Positions 21,037 through 31,089 are shown, counted from the first letter of the stretch. The stretch: 64,000 nt of DNA from an uncultured SAR86 cluster bacterium (GCA_902596665.1 CACJUN010000001.1:323680-387679); one strand, 5' to 3'. Made by a program: numbers and translations. Notes: a model not told the origin generated them from the sequence alone.

Positions 21037-21785
21037 GTTATTACCTTTGCTTCATTTTTAAGTTTATCTACTAAATCATCTACAGTTTCTACAATTATTC
21101 CAGCTTCTCTAACTGGAGGAGGAGAAACTTTTAAAGTTTTATTCCTTGGCTCAATATCTACTCCTAAAGATCCAGCCTCTATTACATCGAGAGGTTTTTG
21201 CTTTGCCTTCATAATATTAGGTAAAGAAGCATATCTTGGTTCGTTCAACCTTAAGTCTGTAGATACTATACAAGGAAGATTGACAGAAATTGTTTGCAAA
21301 CCACCATCAACTTCTCTCGTTACAAGAGCCTTTTCTCCTTCAATTTTTAATTCAGAGGCAAATGTTGCTTGAGCATACCCAGTAAGAGCTGCCAACATTT
21401 GAGAGGTTTGGTTATTATCACCATCTATAGCTTGCTTACCCAGTATTACTAAGTCTGGAGACTCTTTTTCAACAACTCCTTTTAAAAGTTTTGCAATAGC
21501 TAAAGGTTCAACCTCAATGTCAGTTTCTACCAAAATAGCTCTGTCGGCACCGAGGGCTAAGGCAGTTCTTAATTGTTCTTGAGAAGCTGAAGACCCTACT
21601 GTCACAGCAATTATCTCAGTAGCAGTACCTCCCTCTTTTAATCTGACAGCTTCTTCTACAGCAATCTCGCAAAAAGGATTAATAGCCATTTTTACGTTAT
21701 TTAAGTCAACGCCCGATTCATCAGCTTTTGGCCTAACTTTAACGTTGTAATCAACAACTCTCTTTATTGGAACTAAAATTTTCAT
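21033..21785 (-). CDS. etfB: electron transfer flavoprotein subunit beta
   Basis: 250 aa. [18 protein letters not shown] is a typical EtfB N-terminus. It has a 4-nt overlap with etfA. Confidence 0.9.
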   Translation of the reverse strand: MKILVPIKRVVDYNVKVRPKADESGVDLNNVKMAINPFCEIAVEEAVRLKEGGTATEIIAVTVGSSASQEQLRTALALGADRAILVETDIEVEPLAIAKLLKGVVEKESPDLVILGKQAIDGDNNQTSQMLAALTGYAQATFASELKIEGEKALVTREVDGGLQTISVNLPCIVSTDLRLNEPRYASLPNIMKAKQKPLDVIEAGSLGVDIEPRNKTLKVSPPPVREAGIIVETVDDLVDKLKNEAKVIT

Positions 21786-21827
21786 AATTTTTATATAGTG
21801 TTAAGGCGGAATATTACAAGAACTACA

Positions 21828-21869
21828 TATTCTAAAGGATTTGCTACTTGAAAGTAAGTCTTTAGAATA
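21828..21869. promoter_or_regulatory. perfect 10-bp inverted repeat in the etfBA / ETF-QO divergent region (candidate operator or 5'-UTR hairpin)
   Basis: TATTCTAAAG (21828-21837) and CTTTAGAATA (21860-21869) are exact reverse complements separated by 22 nt. An inner ACTT..AAGT pair is also present. Confidence 0.4.
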
Positions 21870-21888
21870 CTCTCATAGATTAGTAGGT

Positions 21889-23544
21889 ATGGAAGAAAAT
21901 CAAGTTGAAAGAGACGTCATGGAATATGATGTCGTTGTCGTAGGTGGAGGTCCATCTGGTCTATCCACTGCAATTAAGTTAAAACAATTAGCTGCTGAAA
22001 AAAATGCAGAATTAAGCGTATGTCTTATTGAAAAAGGCTCTGAAATAGGAGCACACATATTGTCTGGGAACTGTTTTGAGCCAAGAGCTCTTGATGAGCT
22101 TATTCCTGATTGGAAAGAAAAAGGAGCTCCTTTGAATTCTCCAGCAACAAAAGATGTTGTGAAATTCCTGATTAACGAAAATTTATCATTCAACATTCCT
22201 TTTCCCTCTTTTTTAATGCCTAATTTCAATAATCATGGCAACTATGTGATGAGTCTGGCTAACTTATGTAGATGGCTTGGTACTCAGGCAGAAAATTTAG
22301 GAGTAGAGATATTTCCAGGATTTACAGCTGCGGATGTGATCTTAGAAAACGATGTTGTTAAAGGAATTCTTACCGGTGAAATGGGAATATCTAAAGACGG
22401 TGAGAAAAAAGCTTCTTACCAACCCTCTATGGAATTAAGAGCTAAGTACACAATATTTGCAGAAGGATGTAGAGGTCACTTAGGGAAAAAACTTATTGCA
22501 AAATATGAGCTAGATAAAAATAAAGATCCTCAACATTATGGTATTGGATTCAAAGAAGTATGGGATGTCCCAGCTGAAGTACATTCAGAAGGTACCGTGA
22601 TGCATACTTTTGGTTGGCCGAGTAAATCAAAAGCTGGTTCATATTTTTACCATGGAGAGAATAATCAAGTCTACATAGGCCTAGTTGTTCCACTGGATTA
22701 TTCAAATCCACATTTAAGTCCTTTTGATGAATTCCAGCAATGGAAACAACATAAAGATATAAAAAAGATCCTAGAGAGTGGAACAAGAGTAGCTTATGGA
22801 GCTAGAGCACTCATCAAAGGAGGTTATCAATCTAGACCAAAAATGACTTTTCCTGGTGGACTTATTGTCGGTGACAATGCTGGAACACTAGTTTTCACCA
22901 AGATTAAAGGAACTCACACGGCAATGAAGTCTGGAATGCTTGCTGCAGAAACAGTATTTGATGCAGTTCAAAATAATAATCTAGATGCTGATTTAGAGTC
23001 CTATGAAGAAAAATTTGATTCATCTTGGATACAAACTGATTTGTATAAATCAAGAAATATGACGCCTCTTCTCCATAAATATGGAACGTGGATTGGAGGA
23101 ATTTTAATGGCTATCGAGCAATTCTTATTTAGAGGTCGTTATCCATTCACATTGACTCATAAAACACCTGACTATGCATGTATGAAAAAAGCAAGTGAGT
23201 GTGAAAAAATTGATTATCCAAAACCCGATGGAAAAATTAGCTTTGATAAACTATCTTCTGTTTTTCTTTCAAATACCAATCATGAAGAAGATCAACCTTG
23301 TCACTTAACTCTTAAAGATTCTTCTATTCCGATAAATGTAAATCTACCGACTTATGATGAGCCGGCTCAAAGATACTGTCCAGCTGGTGTCTATGAGGTT
23401 GTAGAGAAAGACGGAGAACACAAATTTCAAATTAATGCTCAGAATTGTGTTCATTGTAAAACTTGTGATATCAAAGACCCTAGCCAAAATATAGTTTGGA
23501 TAACCCCAGAAGGTATGGGTGGTCCTAACTATCCAAATATGTAG
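21889..23544 (+). CDS. electron transfer flavoprotein-ubiquinone oxidoreductase
   Basis: It has YDVVVVGGGPSGL FAD binding and a C-terminal 4Fe-4S region CPAGVYE..NCVHCKTCDIKDP. I prefer the ATG at 21889 (MEENQVERDVMEYDVVVVG); the track uses a TTG at 21841. Confidence 0.9.
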   Translation: MEENQVERDVMEYDVVVVGGGPSGLSTAIKLKQLAAEKNAELSVCLIEKGSEIGAHILSGNCFEPRALDELIPDWKEKGAPLNSPATKDVVKFLINENLSFNIPFPSFLMPNFNNHGNYVMSLANLCRWLGTQAENLGVEIFPGFTAADVILENDVVKGILTGEMGISKDGEKKASYQPSMELRAKYTIFAEGCRGHLGKKLIAKYELDKNKDPQHYGIGFKEVWDVPAEVHSEGTVMHTFGWPSKSKAGSYFYHGENNQVYIGLVVPLDYSNPHLSPFDEFQQWKQHKDIKKILESGTRVAYGARALIKGGYQSRPKMTFPGGLIVGDNAGTLVFTKIKGTHTAMKSGMLAAETVFDAVQNNNLDADLESYEEKFDSSWIQTDLYKSRNMTPLLHKYGTWIGGILMAIEQFLFRGRYPFTLTHKTPDYACMKKASECEKIDYPKPDGKISFDKLSSVFLSNTNHEEDQPCHLTLKDSSIPINVNLPTYDEPAQRYCPAGVYEVVEKDGEHKFQINAQNCVHCKTCDIKDPSQNIVWITPEGMGGPNYPNM

Positions 23545-24108
23545 TCAGTCCAATTTTCCAAGCGAAAATTCTTTATCGTTACTTTTAATAAATAATTCTT
23601 TATCCCTCTCGTAGGATTCGTCTACTAATTGATAAAAAACATTTCTACTGATTAGCCCTTCTAAGTTTTTTCTTACCTTTAAATATGGTGAAGGTTCTTG
23701 TGTATCTTTATCAATTTCAACTCTTAACTTATCTAGAGTATCTAAAAGTACAATATCGCCAACGTTGGTCTTGAACAAAAAAACTTCTTTATCGTTTTTA
23801 ATTTCTTTTTGGTAGGTAACGATAACGAAAGGCTTATCTTCAACTTCAATCCTAATTTTTTCTACTGGGGTAACAAGGTAGTAATTTCCATCCTCATCGA
23901 ATCTCAGCACCGTACTAAATAAACTAACCATTTTTTCGCGGCCTATAGGAGAATCCATAAAATACCATTTTCCATCTCTGGATATTTTCATCTGAACGTT
24001 TTCACATAAAGGAGGATTCCAATCATCGACAGGAGGAAGTGAACCTTCATTTTGAAGCTTCAAGATATCACTAAATAATTGAGCAGATGTTTTTGGGCCA
24101 GATTCCAT
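23545..24108 (-). CDS. DUF1285 family protein
   Basis: 187 aa. ISRDGKWYFMDSPIGREKMVSLFSTVLR..YYLVTPVEKIRIEVEDKPF resembles the DUF1285 consensus as I recall it. Confidence 0.65.
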   Translation of the reverse strand: MESGPKTSAQLFSDILKLQNEGSLPPVDDWNPPLCENVQMKISRDGKWYFMDSPIGREKMVSLFSTVLRFDEDGNYYLVTPVEKIRIEVEDKPFVIVTYQKEIKNDKEVFLFKTNVGDIVLLDTLDKLRVEIDKDTQEPSPYLKVRKNLEGLISRNVFYQLVDESYERDKELFIKSNDKEFSLGKLD

Positions 24109-24698
24109 TACAAAGTTAATAAATAAAAAGAACTAATTATAAAAACGATACCAGTAAATTTGTATATCCATGGAATGAAATTATTAAATTTATATAAAAA
24201 TCCTTTACTTGTGAGCAATAAAGACAAAAATGCAAACCACATAAAAGTGCTAACTGCTATAAACACAGCATAAAGAATTAGGATACTTAAAGGAGTATCG
24301 ATACTCACAATTGCAAAAAATAAGGTAACAGTAAATGTACTTGCCTGAAGATTAAGAAGATTTGTCATAAATCCAAGGGTAAAGTTTTTAGAGCTTGAAC
24401 GTGTTACTGTTTCTGATGGTCGGTCAGTAAAAAAAGAAGAAATTCCTAAATACATTAAATATAAAATAGCTATGGGTTTGAGAACAAGAAATATATTTTC
24501 TTGATATCTCATAATTAATTCCATTCCAAAAATAGAATAAAGACAATGAAAAAATTCACTAGTAGCAATACCTAAGGCAGTAAAAATAGATGCTCTCCTT
24601 GTAGATGATAGAGATTGTCTCAGTACAACAGCAAAATCAGGTCCAGGACTTATAACCGCTACAAGATGAATGGAAGCAATTAAAAGAAATTCAGTCAA
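24108..24698 (-). CDS. LysE family amino-acid exporter
   Basis: 196 aa with about 6 TM helices and the N-terminal ISPGPDF motif. Confidence 0.75.
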   Translation of the reverse strand: MTEFLLIASIHLVAVISPGPDFAVVLRQSLSSTRRASIFTALGIATSEFFHCLYSIFGMELIMRYQENIFLVLKPIAILYLMYLGISSFFTDRPSETVTRSSSKNFTLGFMTNLLNLQASTFTVTLFFAIVSIDTPLSILILYAVFIAVSTFMWFAFLSLLLTSKGFLYKFNNFIPWIYKFTGIVFIISSFYLLTL

Positions 24699-25687
24699 AA
24701 TATTTGGGGTTCTAATTCTAAATTAATGTTGTAATTCTCCAACACAGAGGCCTGGATATGCGAGGCAAGATCAAGAATATCCTCCGATTTCTCAGATTTA
24801 TTTTCTAGCACTAGCGAGTGTTTTTCAGACACTCTTGCATTATTCAATACAAAACCTTTTAGGCTTAATGATTCAATTAAAAAAGCTGCTGATATTTTTA
24901 CTTTATTATCAATGTATGAATAAAATTTAATCTTTGGAAGAATTTGTTTTATTTTTTCCAATTCATCCAATGAAATAATAGGATTTTTAAAAAAGCTGCC
25001 AACATTTGGATGTTCTTTTGGGTCTGATATTTTAGCTTTTCTTATTTTTAGGATATGTTTTCTGATGATAAACGGAGTAATCTCTTCTGCTTTTAAAAAG
25101 TTTAAATCTTCATACTCTAAGTTGGGTTGAAAATCTTTGGTTAATTTGAATTTAACTTTTATGACAATTAGAGAATCTTTATCTTGAAATATGCTTTGTC
25201 TGTATGAAAATTTGCAATCATTATTAGTAAAGCTAACCAAACTATTTGAATCCATATCAAAACAAATGACTTCATCAATAAAATCAGATACTTCGCTCCC
25301 ATAAGCTCCAATATTCTGAATAGGTGCAGCTCCAATGCTTCCAGGTATACCTGATAAATTCTCTAATCCGCAATAACCGTTTTCTAAGGACCAGAGCACA
25401 AAATCATCCCAATTTTTACCCGCTCCAACTGTAATTAAATTATCCTCGATTGATATTTCATTAAATGAAATTTTTATTACAAACTTGTTAAGCAAATTAG
25501 GCAGAACAACGTTGGATCCCTCTCCAAGGATACAAAAATTAATTTTTTTTGTTGAGGTAAAATTTTGAATATTTTTTAAGTCTTCAAGATCAAAGATTTC
25601 TATAAAAAACTTTGCAGTAGAATCAATTTTTAAAAGATTATTTTCTTTTAAGCTAAAGGATTTTTTTATTTTATTTGATAGTTTCAT
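24695..25687 (-). CDS. murB: UDP-N-acetylenolpyruvoylglucosamine reductase
   Basis: 330 aa with an FAD-binding domain (ILGEGSNVV) and GSFFKNP. Confidence 0.85.
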   Translation of the reverse strand: MKLSNKIKKSFSLKENNLLKIDSTAKFFIEIFDLEDLKNIQNFTSTKKINFCILGEGSNVVLPNLLNKFVIKISFNEISIEDNLITVGAGKNWDDFVLWSLENGYCGLENLSGIPGSIGAAPIQNIGAYGSEVSDFIDEVICFDMDSNSLVSFTNNDCKFSYRQSIFQDKDSLIVIKVKFKLTKDFQPNLEYEDLNFLKAEEITPFIIRKHILKIRKAKISDPKEHPNVGSFFKNPIISLDELEKIKQILPKIKFYSYIDNKVKISAAFLIESLSLKGFVLNNARVSEKHSLVLENKSEKSEDILDLASHIQASVLENYNINLELEPQIF

Positions 25688-26366
25688 TAGCTCTAATCAA
25701 ATCTTCTTCTGTATCTATTCCAAAGCTGCTCGTAGAAGATGATTTAAATGCTTTAATCTGATGACCGTTATCTAGAGCTCTCAATTGTTCTAAACTTTCT
25801 CGAATCTCGTTTTCAGATTGCTCATAATTAACGAATTTTTTTAAAAATTCACATCTATAAGCATATATTCCAAGATGATGATAAATAGAATCTGATGATT
25901 TAAAGTTTCTTGAAAATGAGGTTGCAATATTGTCAGTCACACTAATTTTCACTGTATTAGTATCATCTATATCTTCTTTTTTAAGTTCTTTGTATAAGGT
26001 TGCCATTTCGAAATCATCGTTGTAATTGTGTATCAAAGTATTGATATCATCATGAGATATAAATGGTTCATCTCCTTGAACGTTAATTATTAAATCTTCT
26101 TCATGACATTTTATTTTTGTTATTGCTTCGTTGATTCTATCTGTGCCTGTTTTATGATCTACTGAAGTCATAATCACTTGTCCGTTAAATTCTAGAACTT
26201 GATCTCTTATCTTCTCAGAATCTGTTGCAATAAATATAAAATCAGCATCAGATTTTCTACAAGATTCATACACCCATTGAATCATAGGCTTGCTACCAAT
26301 TTTCTTTAACGGTTTACCGGGTAATCTAGATGAGGACCATCTAGCAGGGATCACTACATAATTCAT
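25671..26366 (-). CDS. kdsB: 3-deoxy-manno-octulosonate cytidylyltransferase
   Basis: 231 aa with VIPARWSSSRLPGKPL and NVQGDEP. Confidence 0.9.
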   Translation of the reverse strand: MNYVVIPARWSSSRLPGKPLKKIGSKPMIQWVYESCRKSDADFIFIATDSEKIRDQVLEFNGQVIMTSVDHKTGTDRINEAITKIKCHEEDLIINVQGDEPFISHDDINTLIHNYNDDFEMATLYKELKKEDIDDTNTVKISVTDNIATSFSRNFKSSDSIYHHLGIYAYRCEFLKKFVNYEQSENEIRESLEQLRALDNGHQIKAFKSSSTSSFGIDTEEDLIRANETIK

Positions 26367-29134
26367 TTAGATTTAATTTCGGCTAAGAAATCTTGTTCAA
26401 AGTTATCTGAAACTTCAGCTTCTATCTTTAAATACCAATAATTCGTATGGTCTAAAAATGAGCATTTTATTGCATCTTTTTCTGTCATTACAGTAGGTTG
26501 ATTATCCATAATTTCAAAATCTACGCTGTGAAAGTCATGATGATCAGGAAAAGCGTATTCAGATAAGTCAAAACCCAGTTGTTTTAATAAATTAAAAAAA
26601 TTAGATGGGTTTCCAATTCCTGCGACTGCATTTACTTCTTTTTTTAAGGGCCAGTCGAAAATATCATATTCCTTCTGGCTTTTCATATGAACCCATTTGA
26701 AAGGACGATATTTCATTTCATATTTTGCAACTGAAGGCCATTTTCTATTTGAGCTGATTGTAAAATCGACTGTTTTAATTCTAGATTTTGGTTCTCTAAG
26801 TGGTCCTGCTGGAAGCAGAAGCTCGTTTCCAAACTTCCTATTTCCGTCAATCATTAATATTTCTATATCTCTTCCAAGAGAAAAGTGCTGCAAACCATCA
26901 TCGCTTAAAATGACATTGCTATCTGTATTTTCCATAAGATGTTTAGCAGCTTGTATCCTATTGGGTCCGATGACCACTGGACACTGAGAATTCTTAAACA
27001 TAATAGCCGGTTCATCTCCAGATTCGTCAATTGGGGTTTCTGAGTTTAGTAGCAATGGATAGGTTTTTGATTTACTCAGGTAACCTCTTGAAATTATTCC
27101 TGGTTTAAGACCTTGTTTTTTAAGTAATTTAGCAAGGTAAATAATTATAGGAGTTTTTCCTGTGCCGCCAACTGTCAGGTTACCAACAACTATCGTAAGA
27201 AGATTAGGTTTCCATGAATTAGAAATTTGATATCTTTTTTGTCTATTAAAGAGAAATTGGTATATCCATGAAAATGGAATAAGAAGTTTAGGCCAGAGAC
27301 TATTTTCGTACCATGCTTGTTCTAACTTTGAAACATAGGATTTTGATGCATCAATATTTACGAGGAGGTTAGAATTTGATTCAGCATCAATATTTACTGC
27401 ACCATCATCAAAATCAAATTGATTTCTATAGAGTTGAAAATAAGGACCTTCAGATAATATTAATTGGCTATGCTTACCTCTTTCAACTATTTCTCCACTT
27501 TGAAGAACTAATATTTCATCTGCTTGCTCTACCGTTGAAAGTCTATGAGCAATAGTAATTGTAGTTTTACCTTCTTTTAAGTTAGCAATCGCATCTGTTA
27601 TCAATCTTTCAGATTCAGAATCTAAAGCAGAGGTGGCTTCATCCAATATTAAAAAAGGTGAATTTTTTAAGATGGCTCTTGCAATGGCGATTCTCTGTTT
27701 CTGCCCTCCGGATAATAATGTTCCATTGTCGCCAATAACGGTTTTATAACCGTCAGGAAAAGATTCTATGAATTGATGAGCATTCGCTTTTTTTGCAGCT
27801 TCATAGACATCTTCTTCACTGGTATCGATATCTCCATAAAAAATATTATTAAAAATTGTGTCATTGAATAGAGTTATCTCTTGTCCTACATAGGAAATTT
27901 GATCTCTCAATGATTCCAGAGAAAGTTCTTCAATCCTTGTTCCATCTATAGAAATTCCGCCCTCTGTGGCATCATAAAATCTAGGGATCAAATTAATGAT
28001 GCTGCTTTTTCCTGCACCTGAGCTTCCAACAATAGCTAAATTAGAACCTTTTTGTAACTCAAAATTTATATTCTTGAGGGAATATTCTTCTGAACTTGGA
28101 TATTTAAGAGAGACATTATCAAATTTTATTTTTCCTTCAGAATTCTTAATAATTTTTGAGCCATCATCTTTTTCTGGAGTTTCATCAATTTGCTTAAAAA
28201 TATCTTCTGCTGCTGCAATACCTTTCTGGAACATAACATTAGTAGAAGATAATTGTCTGATAGGTTTTGCTAGCATTCCTGCACTACCAAAAAAAGCTAT
28301 AAATGTTCCTGATGACATTGATGTAATTACAGAGGGATCTAAGGCAAACCAAGTGATTAGAGCTAATGCCAGAGATATTATTAATTGAATGAGCGGAGAA
28401 GCAATTGAGTTTGTTGATTCTAATTTCAAATTTTGAATTCTATTAGCATCGCTTGCTTCATTAAATTTATCAATTTCAAGATTTTCATTACCGAAAATTT
28501 TTAATTCTTTATGAGCGTTTATAGATTCTGAACTAACATGAGTAACATCACCCATAGCAGATTGGATTTTTTTACTAAGACGTCTTAATCTTTTCCCAGC
28601 AATAGAAACAATGAAGCCAATCAAGGGTGCTGCAATAATTAATACCAGGGTTAATTTCCAATTTAAGTAAATTAAGTAACCTAATAGTCCTATTACTATC
28701 AACCCTTCTCTTATAGTAATTTTGACTGCATCAGTAACTGCACTACTTACCTGCATAACATTAAAAGTAATTCTGGATAATAAATGTCCACTGGAGGATT
28801 TATCATAAAAACTCACTGGCATTGAAATCAATGATTTGAATAAATCTACTCTCAAATTGTGAATTAATTTATTCGAAATAAAGGCCATAAAAAAATTTGA
28901 AAGATAAAAACCGATTCCTCTTATTAGGGCTATTGCTATAAGCGCAAGAGGTAAGATTGTTTGAACTGTTTGATTTGGATTTTCTATAAAATCAACTATT
29001 CTTCTTAACCATTCCGCTGCTCCTACTTGAGCCGCAGCAAATAATACAAATCCAAAAAAACTGATCAAGAAATAAGGAATGCTCGAAGAAACATAGCCAA
29101 AAAGACGTACAAGATATGAAGTATTGCTTTTCAT
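26363..29134 (-). CDS. msbA-lpxK: fusion protein: lipid A flippase MsbA (aa 1-~573) + tetraacyldisaccharide 4'-kinase LpxK (aa ~603-923)
   Basis: One uninterrupted 923-aa ORF. The N-terminal part has a 6-TM ABC exporter plus an NBD (GSSGAGKSS, LSGGQKQR, ILDEATSALD). After a roughly 30-aa linker it continues as LEQAWYENSLWPKLLIPFSWIY..VVGNLTVGGTGKTP..ISRGY, which aligns with the very N-terminus of E. coli LpxK. Confidence 0.85.
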   Translation of the reverse strand: MKSNTSYLVRLFGYVSSSIPYFLISFFGFVLFAAAQVGAAEWLRRIVDFIENPNQTVQTILPLALIAIALIRGIGFYLSNFFMAFISNKLIHNLRVDLFKSLISMPVSFYDKSSSGHLLSRITFNVMQVSSAVTDAVKITIREGLIVIGLLGYLIYLNWKLTLVLIIAAPLIGFIVSIAGKRLRRLSKKIQSAMGDVTHVSSESINAHKELKIFGNENLEIDKFNEASDANRIQNLKLESTNSIASPLIQLIISLALALITWFALDPSVITSMSSGTFIAFFGSAGMLAKPIRQLSSTNVMFQKGIAAAEDIFKQIDETPEKDDGSKIIKNSEGKIKFDNVSLKYPSSEEYSLKNINFELQKGSNLAIVGSSGAGKSSIINLIPRFYDATEGGISIDGTRIEELSLESLRDQISYVGQEITLFNDTIFNNIFYGDIDTSEEDVYEAAKKANAHQFIESFPDGYKTVIGDNGTLLSGGQKQRIAIARAILKNSPFLILDEATSALDSESERLITDAIANLKEGKTTITIAHRLSTVEQADEILVLQSGEIVERGKHSQLILSEGPYFQLYRNQFDFDDGAVNIDAESNSNLLVNIDASKSYVSKLEQAWYENSLWPKLLIPFSWIYQFLFNRQKRYQISNSWKPNLLTIVVGNLTVGGTGKTPIIIYLAKLLKKQGLKPGIISRGYLSKSKTYPLLLNSETPIDESGDEPAIMFKNSQCPVVIGPNRIQAAKHLMENTDSNVILSDDGLQHFSLGRDIEILMIDGNRKFGNELLLPAGPLREPKSRIKTVDFTISSNRKWPSVAKYEMKYRPFKWVHMKSQKEYDIFDWPLKKEVNAVAGIGNPSNFFNLLKQLGFDLSEYAFPDHHDFHSVDFEIMDNQPTVMTEKDAIKCSFLDHTNYWYLKIEAEVSDNFEQDFLAEIKSK

Positions 29135-29179
29135 GCCTAAAAAAAGGGTTATTTTACCTTTTTAGAAGAATTTTATCTC

Positions 29180-29851
29180 TTAGCCCTGTATTAAATTGAG
29201 CTTACCTTGTTCGAGTAAATATTTTGAATTTGGTTTAAATTTCAAATTTTCATCATGAGTAGCAATAACCACAGAAATATCAATCTCATTAAATACATTG
29301 TCTATCAATTCCATGACTTCATCAGAAGTATTTCTATCTAAATCTCCTGTCGGCTCATCCATGACTAATAATTTCGGTTTATTAATTAATGCTCTTGCAA
29401 TTGCACATCTCTGTCTTTCTCCGCCAGATAGTTGATCAGGTAAGTGATCTTTTCTGTCAGAAATTTTTAATTTCTCAATAAGAAAATTTGCAAAATCTTT
29501 ATCAAGATTATGAGCTATAGATCCTGGGAGAATGATGTTCTCATGAAGAGAAAATTCTTCTAAGAGATGATGAGATTGAAAAACTACACCAATATCATTT
29601 AGCCTTAAATTTGAGAGCTCTTTATCAGATAAAGATTCTATAAGTTTGTCTGCAAAAATCATTGAACCATTAGAAGGAATCTCTAGAGTACTTAAAATAT
29701 TTAAGAGAGTAGTTTTTCCAGAACCTGACTTTCCATAAATAATTATTCTGTCGTTAACATTGATTTCAAGGTTAAGGTTAATAAGAGGAGAAATGACATT
29801 GTCTCCAGTTTGATAATCTTTTCCAATGTCTTGTAATTTAACTAAGCTCAT
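29180..29851 (-). CDS. lolD: lipoprotein-releasing ABC transporter ATP-binding protein LolD
   Basis: 223 aa with GKSGSGKTT, LSGGERQRCAIARAL and DEPTGDLD. It overlaps (ATGA) the upstream LolC/E-type permease. Confidence 0.8.
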   Translation of the reverse strand: MSLVKLQDIGKDYQTGDNVISPLINLNLEINVNDRIIIYGKSGSGKTTLLNILSTLEIPSNGSMIFADKLIESLSDKELSNLRLNDIGVVFQSHHLLEEFSLHENIILPGSIAHNLDKDFANFLIEKLKISDRKDHLPDQLSGGERQRCAIARALINKPKLLVMDEPTGDLDRNTSDEVMELIDNVFNEIDISVVIATHDENLKFKPNSKYLLEQGKLNLIQG

Positions 29852-31083
29852 TATCTTAATATCTTAGCTGGGATAATTTTTGAAGCTGATCTTGCGGGAT
29901 AGATACTTGCAAAAGATGTTATCAATAATGATCCTAATATAATTGAAATAATCCACTCAATTCTTAAGTCTGTAGGAAGATAACTTATGAAATACCACTG
30001 CAAATAACCAGAAATAATGACATCAAAATATGATGAGGCTATAAAAAATGACATAAACAAACCTAAAAGGGTTCCAATAGATATTCCCCAAAAAGAGATT
30101 ATCAAACCAAGATATAAAAATATTTGAATAATTTTGATATCACTCATGCCTACTGTTTTTAGGATTGCAATTTGTTCCTTTTTTTCATTAAGCATCATCA
30201 TTAACATTGCAACTACATTAAAGGCTGCGATAACTATGATTAAACTAGTTAGCAGGAAAACTAAACTTCTTTCCATGCCAACAGCTCTCCAAAGAGTCCC
30301 AAACTGAGAACTCCAATCATTAGCTCTTAAAGGTTGTTCAGAATAATTCTGAGCTTTTATTAAAGCATCGTAAGTTAAATCTGGAGCATCAAAAAGATCA
30401 TCAAATTTAAGTCTTATGCCTGTCACATTTCCTGACAGTGAAAGAAGTTTTGAGGCATCATTAATATTTATGAAAGCATAATTTGAATCTAGATCATTAG
30501 ATCCCATGCTATAAATTCCAGAAATAGAGAAAACTTTCATTTTTGGATAAATTCCGGTTAGAGAAACTTTGGGATTTGGTAATAATAAAGTTATTTTATC
30601 TCCAATAGAAACAGATAGCTGTCTTGCTAATAAATCACCTAAAATTAAGTTAAAACTACCTTCTCTTAAATCATCAAATGATCCAACAAACATATTGTTT
30701 GGAACATTAGAAACATTCGATTCATAAGAAGGATCAACTCCATAAATAAGAGTTCCCTTTAATTTTGATTTAGAGCCAATAAGTGACTGAGTCTCTACAT
30801 ATGGTGCTACTCCTTCAAGTCTATCCATATCAGATAACGAATCAATTAGTTCGATTGGATTAGAAATTGATGAGTAACCGTAAATGTTTCCGTGAGGAAT
30901 TGAATTTAATATTTTCTCCTTTAACTCTTTTTCAAATCCATTAAATACCGAGGAAACAATTATGAGAACAGCTACACCCAAAGATACTGAACCCAAGGAT
31001 AACTTAGAAACAAAGGATAAGAATCCTTCCTTTTTAGAATTGAAATATCTTAGAGCAATAAAAAAAGGAAGGTTTTGTCTCAA
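29851..31083 (-). CDS. lipoprotein-releasing system permease, LolC/LolE family (only copy in the cluster)
   Basis: 410 aa. FIALRYFNSKK..SVFNGFEKELKEKIL is typical of the LolC/E N-terminus. There is a large periplasmic loop and a C-terminal FtsX domain. Confidence 0.8.
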   Translation of the reverse strand: MRQNLPFFIALRYFNSKKEGFLSFVSKLSLGSVSLGVAVLIIVSSVFNGFEKELKEKILNSIPHGNIYGYSSISNPIELIDSLSDMDRLEGVAPYVETQSLIGSKSKLKGTLIYGVDPSYESNVSNVPNNMFVGSFDDLREGSFNLILGDLLARQLSVSIGDKITLLLPNPKVSLTGIYPKMKVFSISGIYSMGSNDLDSNYAFININDASKLLSLSGNVTGIRLKFDDLFDAPDLTYDALIKAQNYSEQPLRANDWSSQFGTLWRAVGMERSLVFLLTSLIIVIAAFNVVAMLMMMLNEKKEQIAILKTVGMSDIKIIQIFLYLGLIISFWGISIGTLLGLFMSFFIASSYFDVIISGYLQWYFISYLPTDLRIEWIISIILGSLLITSFASIYPARSASKIIPAKILR

Positions 31084-31089
31084 TAGATT

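Noticed and set aside
21841-21888. N-terminal extensions implied by track starts. These are the TTG at 21841 for ETF-QO, and likewise 14357 (ACAD), 33566 (SDR), 50356 (PfkB), 40903 (VOC), 44828 and 6488.
   Set aside because: The extensions run into neighbouring genes or regulatory repeats and add non-homologous residues. Internal ATGs give N-termini that match the protein families.
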